The notes beneath the pieces are model-generated. The model saw only the letters and a program-made list of their open reading frames with translations, was not told the origin of the DNA and ran no database searches. Both the position numbers and the translations under genes were made by a program. A stretch of DNA of 54,360 nucleotides, the filler included, from Squatina squatina (taxonomy: Eukaryota), in NCBI GenBank assembly GCA_031763465.1. It is 3 parts of 3 records of this genome, joined end to end, with 100 filler letters (N's around TTAATTAATTAA, not from the genome) between each part and the next. Parts side by side here need not be neighbours in the genome. Positions count along the whole stretch, not along the records: positions 14,456 to 32,215 come from JARFOE010000162.1; positions 32,316 to 54,360 come from JARFOE010000192.1; 1 more part is not named here. One strand, written 5' to 3'. Below are positions 26,181-37,476 of the stretch, in pieces (the first letter of the stretch is position 1; each line of letters opens with the position of its first letter).

Positions 26181-26879
26181 CCTCACAATGTTAGAGGAGT
26201 GATATCATAACTGCTTTGCCCAATATCAGGCCATATTAACTACATCTCACTTCCACTCAAGAGTTCCTGCTGTGCAGTATGTGAGAGATCATCATTACAT
26301 TGTTCATTTATATTCGTAATCGCAGTCAACATAATACGTGTAGGCGGGGGAATTTGCATTCCACCAAATGCTGCTGCCTTTCTAATGTCTGCCTTGTCTC
26401 CTAAATGAATTGACTGTGTAGGAATTCTGCCAGCGTTTTTTATTATTAAAAATATTGCCGGTGCGAGGAGGCAATAAACACAAGGCAATCTGTCACTCCC
26501 TCTCTCACTCCCATTGCTTCAGTGGAAGAACACGAGCTGGCATATTGTAAAACGCTATACTGATGGCACTGAAAAGGAACGCAAATGTATTCTGCAGCAG
26601 AGGCTGGTGNNNNNNNNNNNNNNNNNNNNNNNNNNNNNNNNNNNNNNNNNNNNNNNNNNNNNNNNNNNNNNNNNNNNNNNNNNNNNNNNNNNNNNNNNNN
26701 NNNNNNNNNCGCAGGAAAAAGGTAGGCATGTAAAATGTATGTAAATGACCCCATTGTAACTCACAACCCTGTCATACAGGATGAATAAACAAAATGTGAT
26801 AAGGCATGACTCTTATTTATTATTATTATTTTCTCTATTTTTTGGGCTTTAAAATTAAATTACTATCAGGATATAAAAA

Positions 26880-27060
26880 GTTATCCATTTCATGAACTGA
26901 TTATGTGCCACACAGTCATTGTAATATAGGAAATGCAGCAAGCAATTTGTACATAGCAAGATCCCACAAATGGCAATGAAATACATGACCAGATATTCTG
27001 CTTTTGTAATGATGTTAATTGAGGGATAAACATTGGCAGGACACCAGGAGAGCACTCCCG
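26880..27060 (-). mobile_element. Deu-domain SINE (SacSINE1/AmnSINE1-like) fragment
   Basis: The reverse complement reads CTCCTGGTGTCCTGCCAATGTTTATCCCTCAATTAACATCA...TCTGGTCAT...TTTGTGGGATCTTGCTATGTACAAATTG, matching the recalled Deu domain. Confidence 0.7.
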
Positions 27061-27452
27061 ATTTAGCAGTTTAATCTCAACGCAGGGACTAATGATGTCA
27101 TTGAGAGATTGTGGCACAAGCTACATTTTAATCTGCGTTTTCAATTCTGCTCTGCATTGCCTTTCATCATCATTTCATTTTGTTAAACCGTCGCAAGTAT
27201 TTCCACCCACAGCGGTGTTCCATTCCTGGAGTAACATCAAGCAAAATGCAATTAGAGCCAGGATCGGTGCTGGCTTTCATCATCTAACTGAGAATTGCAC
27301 CTCAAAAGCATTGACTGCCCGTGTGAAACGCAGAGAGTGACTGGATATGTCCAATCTTCATTTGCATTTCGAGCACACAGTCCCCAGTCATGCTCCAGAT
27401 TGAACAGAGTCTTCTGGCTGTGCAGACATCAGTCAGTCATTTTAAGATTAAA

Positions 27453-27836
27453 AGGAAGAACAAGAGACCTGGACTGCAAAAGCTTTTACGAGTACGTAAA
27501 AAGAAAGATTAGTGAAGACAAATGTAGGTCCCCTACAGTTAGAAATGGGAGAATATATAATGGGGAACAAAGAGATGGCAGAACAATTAAACAAATACTT
27601 TTGGTTCTGTCTTCATGGAAGAGGACACAAATAACCTCCCAGAAATGCTAAGGAACCAAGGGTCCAGTGAGAAGGAGGAATTGAAGGAAATTAGTATTAG
27701 TAAAAAATAGTGCTGGAGAAATTAATGCGACTGAAAGCGATAAATCCCCAGGTTCTGAAAATCTACATCCCAGAGTACTAAAAGAGGTGGCCATGGAAAT
27801 AGTGGATGCATTGGTTGTCATCTTCCAAAATTCTAT
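27453..27836 (+). mobile_element. CR1 LINE ORF2 fragment
   Basis: DCKSFYEYVKRK...LKAINPQ/DKSPGSENLHPRVLKEVAMEIVDALVVIFQNS, frameshifted. Confidence 0.85.
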
Positions 27837-27936
27837 NNNNNNNNNNNNNNNNNNNNNNNNNNNNNNNNNNNNNNNNNNNNNNNNNNNNNNNNNNNNNNNN
27901 NNNNNNNNNNNNNNNNNNNNNNNNNNNNNNNNNNNN

Positions 27937-28452
27937 GTGGCACACGCCACAGCCCTGCATCATCCTCCGAGAGGTCAGATGAAGATTACATCAAATGAGG
28001 TCTGATTGGAGAGTGCTCAGACTCCAGGTCAGCAAGACAGAGCTTTGGGCATTGCCAAAATATCCAGGTTCCCGAGGGTCCAGGGTGCCATCGATTATGT
28101 CTGCCTATCCCAGCAGTTGATAAGATTATCCCTCCTCGCCCACCAATGATCTATGCTCTGACTGACCTAAGCAGTGCTTGTGTCAGCAGAACCATCATCC
28201 CCTTTAAGGCTGAGGTGGCCTGATACCTGATAGCACCTCCTTACATCGGACAAACAATTGGGGAGCTGAAAAAACTTAAGTGTCATTAGTCCCAGTAGCG
28301 CTGGTTTGGAACATAGGTTTTTTTTCTGTGGTGCCAAAATTTTTTCTAAAAGACCAATTTTGTGTCTTAAGATAATGGTTCAAAACAGGCGCTAAATTTA
28401 CACCTATTGGCCCCATATAGCCACAGACTATAAAAAGGTCAATTGGGTGCCC
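27937..28452 (+). mobile_element. PIF/Harbinger transposon remnant with transposase fragment and right TIR
   Basis: 28030-28104 translates QQDRALGIAKISRFPRVQGAIDYVC (cf. the Harbinger GFP.V.GAIDCTH motif with the first catalytic Asp). It ends in CAATTGGGTGCCC. Confidence 0.7.
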
Positions 28453-28459
28453 AAAGAAC

Positions 28460-28945
28460 ATATTGGATATTATGGGGAATCAAGGGTCCAATTAGAATGA
28501 GGAAATTAAAGTAATTAATATTAGTAAAGATAAGGTACTGGAGAAATTAATGGGATTAAAAGCCAACAAATTCTTTGGACCTGATGACCTACATCCAAGG
28601 GTTCTAAAAGAGTGGATATATTGGTTTTGATCTTTCAGAATTCCCTAGATTCTGGAACAGCGCCAGTGGATTGGAAGGTAGCAAATATAACCCTGCTGTT
28701 CAAGAATGGAGGGGGAGAAAAAACAGGGAAGTATGTAGGCCAGTTGGCCTGCCATCAGTAATAGGGAAAATGCTGGAATCTATGATTAAGTTTGTGGTAA
28801 CAGGGCACTTGGAAAATCATCGTATGATTCGATAGAGTCAACACGGTCCTTTGACAGGAAAATCGTGTTTGATAAATCTATTAGAGCTTTTTGAGGGTAT
28901 AACTAGCAGGGTCAATAAGGGGTAACCAGTGAAAGTAATATATTT
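28460..28945 (+). mobile_element. CR1 LINE ORF2 RT fragment (degenerate)
   Basis: GPDDLHPRVLK...IFQNSLDSGTAPVDWKVANITLLFKNG...GKSCLINLLELFE. It is cut off at 28946 by a TIR element. Confidence 0.85.
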
Positions 28946-29415
28946 GGGGCACCCAATTGGTCCTCCAGTGCTAGCGTGAAATGGGCGTAGAATGGGCATT
29001 GGGGGTCTAACACCCGTTTTCAGCGCTAAATGCTAAGAAGCGAAATTGGTGTCAGTTTAACATCGGCGCTAAATGGGCGCTAATGCGGGAGCGGTAACAA
29101 CATGGCGCTGGGTGTAAAATGCCCTCTGACATCATAAAAGGGTGCAATGCCAAAAATGGCCGCCTGAAGTTAAATTGGTTTCAGTTTTTGTGGCATTAAC
29201 CTGGCGGTGACATTGTCCTGTTTTTTGGGTGGTGATGAATGTAATTTTGAGTGCTATTTAACTGGGTGTGAGCTGCAGCCATTTTGTTCTCAGAAATCAT
29301 GCCGATTTTGCTGGAAGCGCTTTGTTGCCGTTTCCATAGCTTCAGACCCTTTGCTACTTTGTGAAGTAGCAGAAGTCAGAAGGTCAGGTCAGAGGTCAGA
29401 AGTTTTTTTTCCCTT
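28946..29415. mobile_element. Harbinger-family element, left end
   Basis: It starts with GGGGCACCCAATTGG, the inverse of the ends at 28452 and 37476. Subterminal GCGCTAA repeats and a CAAAAATGGCCGCC motif follow. Confidence 0.6.
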
Positions 29416-30267
29416 NNNNNNNNNNNNNNNNNNNNNNNNNNNNNNNNNNNNNNNNNNNNNNNNNNNNNNNNNNNNNNNNNNNNNNNNNNNNNNNNNNNNN
29501 NNNNNNNNNNNNNNNGTCAGTAGTTGAACACATGCTAATGTTGAATAATTATTCCTAAAAACCTGCTATATTTTGAGTACAGATGGATGAGATTTGACTA
29601 ACGAGGAAGATTCCACTGAGATAGACCAGAATGATGCACATTGCCAGTCACGATGAAAAGAACCAAACTTTTGTTTTTTTTAAATTCGGAAATCAAAGTT
29701 TTGTAGTGAAGGACACCAATAAAAGTGAAAAGAGGAGATGAAATAATCTTTAGGCTATACCTGTAGATTGTAAGAGGGAGGGAATGCTGAGGGAGATGAA
29801 TATTTCTACTGTTTGAAGATCCTGGGACAGGATTGGAGAAAAATTGAACTGGCATTGGAGGTCGGCATGAAGTGGTCGTTGCACCTGGAACACACACCGA
29901 AGTTGTCAGCGCGAGGCTCACTGACAATTGGGCCTCAAGCTTCATCTACGGAAAATTGGCAAGCTGCATCCTGATGTAGCTCACCAGTCAGGTCCCTGAA
30001 AAATTTGGCTGAGGTGGACTGGCCTCCGGATAAGTCCTGGGAGGGCGGGGGAGTACAGCTAATGACAGCGGCCTGCAACATTGCTGTGGAGCTGGGAGGA
30101 GCACTTCTGTTCCTCCAGCCTCCACACTAACGTAAGCAAAAATTATTTTACTTACATTCTCGTCGGCAGCAACCAGCGGTCTCTTTGAGGAGTAGGTTGG
30201 CCTGACTGAACTGATAGTAGACAGTCATGTCACTCCATTCACCAACGACATTTCATCGGATTAGATC

Positions 30268-30571
30268 AACCGGGGGGCGTAACCTTAAAATTAGAGCTAG
30301 GCCATTTAGGTGGGAAATTAGGAAGCACTTTTTCATACACAGGTTGATAAGAATCTGGAAATTTTCCCCCAAAAGACTGTGGATAATGGGACAACTGGAG
30401 CCCAGCATGAAGTGGTCGTTTAAAGACTGAGATCGATAGATTTTTGTTAGGTAAAGGTTTGAAGGGATATGGAGCAATGGTGGATAAATGAAGTTGAGCT
30501 ACTGTTCAGCCGTGATCGAATTGAATGGCGGAGCAGGCCCGAGCGGCTGAATGGCCTCCTCTTGTTCCTAT
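30268..30571 (+). mobile_element. CR1 LINE 3' end
   Basis: TGGRNLKIRARPFRWEIRKHFFIHR is followed by a 3'UTR ending GAATGGCGGAGCAGGC...GAATGGCCTCCTCTTGTTCCTAT. Confidence 0.8.
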
Positions 30572-32215
30572 AAGCAATTTAATCCTAAGCATTTTGATGA
30601 AATTCTTGAAGGCCCAACTTATTAGTAATGATCCAGCCAGCCAACAAACTAGGAGAGAAAATCTTTCGTAGGGGTAAAAAGGTAACAGAATATTTATTAA
30701 AATGACACCTTGGCCAGAAACTCTCCACGTTAATCAGTACTTATAAATAAAAACTGTTCATAATTTAGCCTCTGGTGTGGTGTGTATAAGTTAACTTGAT
30801 TAGACTTTATAATTAATGCTCCACTATCATATCAAACTCCTCTCCCCTGATAGGTCAATGGCAGTGAATGAGTGAACACGTTTTTATTGCAGCTTGCCTG
30901 AGGAAGAAAGTGCTATTTTTGCATTTTTTTCTTTTTAAAACCATACTGTGACAGCCACTGCAGACTTCTAACTACAAATCTAATTTATTGATTTTACCTG
31001 CAATAAAGTAATTTATCTCTTGTCATTTCAAAATTTCATCTCTGCTTCTCTCACATCTTTTTGAGTTATTTTTCTGCTTGTTCATTAGGAGCCTTCCCCC
31101 CCAGCCCCCCCTCCCCCCACCGCCGATATTTCTTTGGGCAAGCCTAATTCAGCAAGTCACCATCCAGGCCTCTAAGTATGTTTGGGGTGACACAGGAGAT
31201 GGAAGCATGAAGCCCCAAAAAGACAGATGGAGAAGTAATACAAATATTTCAAAGAACTAGTTGATCTCCTGTGTATTGCTCACAGACTTCTATTGATTAA
31301 ATTGCCTCTCCCTTTCCTTGTGACTGCTTCTCTGCTTCATTGGTGCCACTGGATGTTCCTTTTGATTTTCTCACTCAATGATAATATTTACAAAGGGGTT
31401 TATATTGCTGTATGTCAGTATAACAGGGTCCTACTTAGAAAGCTGGATATTCTACATTCTGTACATACTATATTGAGAATGAAAGATGACGGAGAGTGTG
31501 CTACAAGGCATTTGACACATTTGAGGCCATCAGATGGCATGTCAACCCAAGACCAATAGTTTATGGATATTAATCAAACTCTAAGCATCTTTAAACATAT
31601 GCAGCCCTCCATTTTATTTGTGAACTCTTCCATTGGGTTTAGTCCATTCTATTAGCCTGGCAATTTATCCCTTGTGCACTAATTGTCATTTTTTATGGTT
31701 ACTCAGCTTTGCCCAGTTGTTTCAACATTGTGCATCTGGAAATGGTTTAAAACTGTGACATTAGACTGGGATTGCAGTCATTTGTAGGAAGCAATTGCTT
31801 TACTTGTAAACCTGTCTTAATGGGCCACAATGCTGCACTCCTGTAAAAATTACATATCGGAAGATTGTTAGTGTGAAGTGGCAAGGGTTGTAACACAAAA
31901 TAAGGCTTCAACTATGTTTCTTCGTAATAACAGACTGTTTGGATTAATTTTTTCCACCATTACTGTGAGTTGGCAACTGTTACAGCTATTGCAATACAAG
32001 CACTGATTGTGGGATAACATTGCATTACAGAGGAATAGGTGGGACAGGTCGCCTTTGCAGAAAATTACCAGAATATAATTATAATATTATTAAAATAAGC
32101 ATTTTGTTGAATTTTTCGACTACATCTTATTTAATACGTCCTCCATTCACAGAATGGCACATAATTAAGAAATTACAATGGTCACGGAAAAAGAAGCGCA
32201 TTAGGAACCTAAATA

Positions 32216-32315
32216 NNNNNNNNNNNNNNNNNNNNNNNNNNNNNNNNNNNNNNNNNNNNTTAATTAATTAANNNNNNNNNNNNNNNNNNNNNNNNNNNNN
32301 NNNNNNNNNNNNNNN
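32216..32315. other. Artificial scaffold linker N44-TTAATTAATTAA-N44
   Basis: Identical to the linker at 14356-14455. Confidence 0.95.
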
Positions 32316-33179
32316 TTCCATCAGCCTTTTAGATTTTTTTGGATTATTTTCTGTACTGGTAGCTAAGAGAAAGAAGCATGGGAAAACATCTAAAAAGTAG
32401 TGAGCACAATACAAATAAGGTTTAAGATAATGATTCAGAGTGATATAGATAATACAAAGAACGACGTAATATATTGCAGAAAATCAAAACAACTATAAAG
32501 GAATGAGGATGTAGCTAAGGGAGGTAAACTAGAGGAAAATATTGAAAAATATTGACAGTCGGCAATATTTGAAATGTGAGATTGATAAAGAGTTCAGGAG
32601 AAATATATTCCACTAAAAGAAAACTAGCCAAGAATGAGATGCCCTGGATAAATAAAGAGGCGATGATAAAATTGAAACTGAAGGAAAAGCACACAAATAG
32701 TAAAAGGAGGATGACAAAAGGGAATACGATGAGCTCAGCAAAGATGTTTCCAAGCACAAAACATTTGGTTTAGTCATGTTACATACTACACAAAACTGAT
32801 GAAGCAATCATTTTTCACTTCTTACCATAGCCTATAAGGAGCATGGTCAATTATACATTTAATTTGTTCATGAAACAGTTTGTTTATAATTGTTAAAAAA
32901 AAATCTTCCTTTTGTGTGTGTGGTATTTAGATGATGCACAGAAAATGGAAAGGTGTTAATTTAACATGAATACAATAATAATTTTACAGATTTAAAGCTT
33001 TCAGCCCTGCTTCATTGCCAATTGTGCTCATACCAGCAATGCCTGTATGGCAATTAGTTGAACCGTATAACCCAACTCCTGAAGATCACACCATACTACA
33101 GTACTTAATTGTGCACCTGTAACCACAAAGCATTACTGGCATAAAAACACAACTGGGGCTAAAACATTTCAAAGCGTAC

Positions 33180-33257
33180 CTGCTCCTTTGCTTTCTGCAT
33201 AGCTGCTTCAAGTTTTTTCACTGTCAGCTGAAAGGGAAAACTTTCACCTTCTGACAT
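33180..33257 (-). CDS. ACCS: ACC synthase-like (ACCS family, PLP-dependent) exon, 78 nt
   Basis: TTTTTAG|...|GTACGC; translates MSEGESFPFQLTVKKLEAAMQKAKEQ, resembling vertebrate ACCS PFQLTVEKLE. It may be a paralog rather than the ortholog. Confidence 0.85.
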
Positions 33258-33343
33258 CTAAAAATAAACATTTAAATAAATGTTTTTTAAAAAATCTTCG
33301 TCCATCCACAATTTTAAGCTAAAAAAAAACAGCATTCACATAC

Positions 33344-33441
33344 CTTACTATCCAAAGGTACATGCACAGCTTGCACTTCTCCATACAGCCACATATCTGG
33401 GTTCACACCACCAAAATATGGAGTTGGAATCAGGTAGCCAT
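33344..33441 (-). CDS. ACCS: ACC synthase-like exon, 98 nt
   Basis: AAAG|...|GTATGT; translates (D)GYLIPTPYFGGVNPDMWLYGEVQAVHVPLDSK, containing the ACS-family LIPTPY motif. Confidence 0.88.
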
Positions 33442-33521
33442 CTTTATTGGAGTGAAAAAATACAATTTTACTGGAGTAAAAAAACACAAGCTAAGCAAAA
33501 TTTAAAAATTGCTGCACTTAC

Positions 33522-33588
33522 CTCCAGGGTCAAATAAAACCGCAGAAAGTGCAGCAAAGATGGAACAACATCCATTCATGACCACAAT
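33522..33588 (-). CDS. ACCS: ACC synthase-like exon, 67 nt
   Basis: TTTTTTTAG|...|GTAAGT; translates IVVMNGCCSIFAALSAVLFDPG. Confidence 0.88.
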
Positions 33589-34796
33589 CTAAAAAAAGGC
33601 GGAGAAATGAAGTCAAAACGAGTGGTTTAAAAAAAAGCTGGGGCTGACAAAGTACCTTTGATTTTACCGACATCTGTGTATTATTTATTGTAAAATATTA
33701 TTCCTTCTAAGCACCACAGAACTTCTAGATTACAGGACCTGACTATGTGAACAATATTTCTTCACAATCATATATACTTAGCAGTTGAAGCAAGTTTAGA
33801 AATGAAACNNNNNNNNNNTTAGCATATTCAGTAACTCAGTGGCAAAATTTCCCACACAAAGGCAAATTCAAATAAAGCCCTGGGCTTCAAATTCACGGCC
33901 CTCTGCCTCTTTACATAGAAATTAAATTTAACAGGTGCAAACAATTTATACATTCCAACAGTAAAAATAGGAAAAGGACAATTTTAATTATATTAAATGC
34001 AGTAACTAATAAACTTTTTATTTTGCCATACTTTTACCATGTGCCTCTGCCATATTAGCCATGTAACAAAATCTACCAAACAATAAATTGGGTTTTACCA
34101 CTACTGATAAAAGGAGTCAATATTTTTGTCCTGTCCATAACTGAAATAGCAGAATGTTTTATTTTAGCAACCTCGAATACTGGGGAGCTACCACCGAGTA
34201 TGGAAAAAACATACTGAAAGTAGTTTCTACTGGTGTATAGAACAACAACTGGTCTTATCCATAAATTCCATTGCTTTCTTTCAGCTAATAAATAGCAATG
34301 GAAGTTTGTCATATCAGGAGAAGAATTCAGGAAAAAAAATATGAACCAGTGGTAAGTGAAAAGAATTGCAATGTATGAAATCTGCTAGGGTTGAAAAATA
34401 TTTTTTTTTCTTGTGAACAAAATTATGTTAAACAATTGCAGTTATTTCTTTGGGGTCATTATACTTTGCACAATGGGCAGGGGCAACATAGGACTAGCTC
34501 ACCATCAACCCTCAGGAAACATGCTATGTATTTGTGGACCAATATTGGGATTAAAAATGTAGATTCCTAATACAGATTTGTCAGCCAGCACATTTGACCA
34601 TAACATGCAAGAGGTTAAAAAGTCAACAATGCAAAGAAACTACCAAGCCCCAGCGCCAACTGAATTCATTCTCTTCCTTATTTCACTGTCATCTTATACA
34701 ATATTTTGTATAAGTCAGACTTTAAGTCAAGCATAATTACCCATTCCCAATCTAAAAGGGCAATTAAATATGAAACCAAGTACAGGTATTCCTTAC

Positions 34797-34866
34797 ATGC
34801 TCTGGATTCAATGCTTTTGGAGCTCTGGCATACTCCGTGAGAAATTTGGCAATTTCTTCTCTGAAA
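34797..34866 (-). CDS. ACCS: ACC synthase-like exon, 70 nt
   Basis: TGTTTCAG|...|GTAAGG; translates FREEIAKFLTEYARAPKALNPEH. All four exons splice in frame without stops. Confidence 0.88.
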
Positions 34867-35835
34867 CTGAAACACAGAGTTAATGTAGAAAAGAACGCAC
34901 AATTTTTGTTCACTAACATTACAACATACATTTACTCAATCTAAAGTGAGAAAAACAGGATTTTTTTCTAACACAGCTGAAATGACTTACCAGTCCTTAA
35001 TATTATAGTTTGAATACTGATGTCCTATTAAACTGAATCTAATCAGTATCTTAGCTGAAATGTTGCTGATGTTCAAATGTCTGGGATGGGGAAAAACTCA
35101 AATATCTAATGTAGCTCAAAGTCTACAAAGGAGATACATTGTTGTATCCATCATAGCTCTCAATTCTTGCAAGCAAACATATGGACATTACTGGGTTTCT
35201 ATGTCAGCTAAATCTATGTATTGAACTAATGTAAAATTGTATTATTTTGTGTATTTGTATTTTTAACTGTCCTAGATCCAGGTCAGAAATTACATCCTAC
35301 AGAACATAAACTGTACAACAAACTACATTTTATAGTTTACAGTTATTAGGACAATGTCGTGCAATTGCCATTTTAGCAAATTAACCAGACAGTCATTGTT
35401 CTATTTGTTAATATAACATTTAAAGAATTATCTAAGTCTATAAGTGAGCGAGGGCGATAAGAAATCGGTTTTCAAATCTGTGGTGAGCAAGCATAAGAAA
35501 TGCTTATTGAAACAAAGACTAAATGTACAAGCAGCAATAACTATCATATAGAAGTTACAGTAGTGGCTTTGAACCTACAAAAGCACATGATTCGGGTCTA
35601 CTGCCATTCTATATTGAAGCATCAAGAGACCTTTTTGTTAAAAAGGACAGCCCCTCATTTTCATAGCATTAACTTTAAAATCAATCGAAGGGAACAGAAA
35701 GAAAATTCATGCTCAATTAAACAAGAGTCATTAGAAAGTGCATTATAAAGGATAGTCAAAAGTATGTCCAGCACTGTTTGTACATTTGAAGATTTTCAGG
35801 ATGAAATAATTCATTTGTAGCATTAAGATATGGAG

Positions 35836-35969
35836 GGGTAATTTTTAACTTCTGTGAGGTAACCTGACGGAGCGGATCGGCCAACCATTGTGGAATCCGT
35901 CCGATATTTGTTCCATTGAAATCAAAGGAATGAAATTTGGACTGCTTAACCGATGAAGTTGAAAATGCC
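35836..35969. mobile_element. Short MITE-like palindromic element
   Basis: Imperfect terminal inversion GGTAATTTTTAACTTC ... GAAGTTGAAAATGCC with an internal CCATTGAAATCAAAGG near-palindrome. Confidence 0.5.
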
Positions 35970-36011
35970 TATATAAACAAGAAGGAAAAGTACTTTTTTT
36001 CCCCTGCTAGA

Positions 36012-36505
36012 GCATAAGAAATAGGAGCAGGAGTCGACCATTTAGACCTTCGAGCCTGCTCCACCATTCAATAAGCTCATGCCTGATCTTCCACCCAAGT
36101 ACCACCTTTCTGCAATATCCCCGTGGTTCCCTTAGTATCCAAAAATCTATCAATATCTGTCTTGAGTGTACTCAACAACTGAGCATCCACAGCCCCCTGG
36201 GGTAGAGAATTGCAAAGATTCAGAACCTTCGAGTGAAGAAATTTCTCATCACAGTCCTAAATGGCCAACCCCTTATTCTGAGACAGTGACCCCCACCCTA
36301 CCACCTCCGTTCTGGACTCCCCAGTCAGGGAAAAAATCCTCCCAGAATCTACCCTGGCAAGCCCCTTAAGATTTTTATATGTTTCAATCAGATCATCTCC
36401 CATTCTTCTAAACTCTAGGGAATATAGGTCTAATCTACTCAATCTCTCCTCAATTCCCCCCATCCCAGGAATCAATCTAGTGAACCTGTGTTGCACTCGC
36501 TCTAA
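36012..36505 (-). mobile_element. CR1 LINE 3' portion
   Basis: ALERVQHRFTRLIPGM..EERLSRLDLYSLEFRRMGDDLIETYKNLKGL plus the CR1 3'UTR and tail. Confidence 0.9.
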
Positions 36506-36629
36506 AGCAACTCTAAAGCAATCCTGTGGNNNNNNNNNNNNNNNNNNNNNNNNNNNNNNNNNNNNNNNNNNNNNNNNNNNNNNNNNNNNNNNNNNNNNNN
36601 NNNNNNNNNNNNNNNNNNNNNNNNNNNNN

Positions 36630-37476
36630 TCGGCAGCAACGGAGGGACATGAGGCGACTGCAGAATGCTGCAAGGGCACAACAAGAGGGCGAGGCCCAGG
36701 GAGCTGGCCATGCACAGCAAGATGTTCAGCAGTATCCTGGCAATGGAGGGAGCAAGCGCAGGAGGGCCAGAACAGCTCTCCTGGTCACAGTGAAGGTCAC
36801 AATAGCTTTGGCAACGTCTCCCACTATGACGTCCACTGCAGCATCCGCCAGGTGACTAAGGCTCTGTACCGAATGATGGAGTGCCAGGATTGACTGCAAG
36901 GAGTGACTCCATGTTGACCACCACCACCATACTTATTTTAACTGCTCGGATTAAGTTATTCAACTTCGTGCGGCATTATGATGCTGTCCTGTTCATCTCA
37001 TCCATTGCTGAGACCTCCCAGGCGATCTCCACCCAGATTTGCATCACCATCTGGGGTGCCAGACTTTGCCCCATGGGCATAAACAGCTGTGCCCCCGAAC
37101 CTTCACTGTTGCCACCAGCATGTCCTGGCCTTGGTCAGTGATGTGCCTGGCCCTTTGAGTGCCAGCTGCAGCAGTCATCATGCCTCTTTTCCACATATCA
37201 CACAGCAGAAAGTGAAGGACTGGAGTGGTCTGGGAAGTGATTAGCACCAACTGCATTGCTTCTGGAATTGGTCACGTTGAGAATGCTTTTCACTCTAAGA
37301 GCCACAGCTGGCCTTAATAGTGCCCCTATTAAGCCCCATTAGCGCCACCACTGAAATCTTTTTTATTTTAAAGAGACCAATTCCTCATCACTTTGCAGGA
37401 ACCTCAACTCGGCGCTAACAGACCCTTTTTTGCACCACCTAATGCTGGCAACTTGGCACTGACCAATTGGGACCCC
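36630..37476. mobile_element. Decayed, internally deleted Harbinger transposon with transposase (+) and Myb/SANT-like (-) gene remnants
   Basis: The + strand at 36769-36869 reads RTALLVTVKVTIAL / NVSHYDVHCSIRQVTKALY. The - strand at ~37160-36937 reads RARHITDQGQDMLVATVKVR / QLF...IWVEIAWEVSAMDEMNRTAS*CRTKLNNLIRAVK. The terminus is ACCAATTGGGACCCC followed by TTA. Confidence 0.75.
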
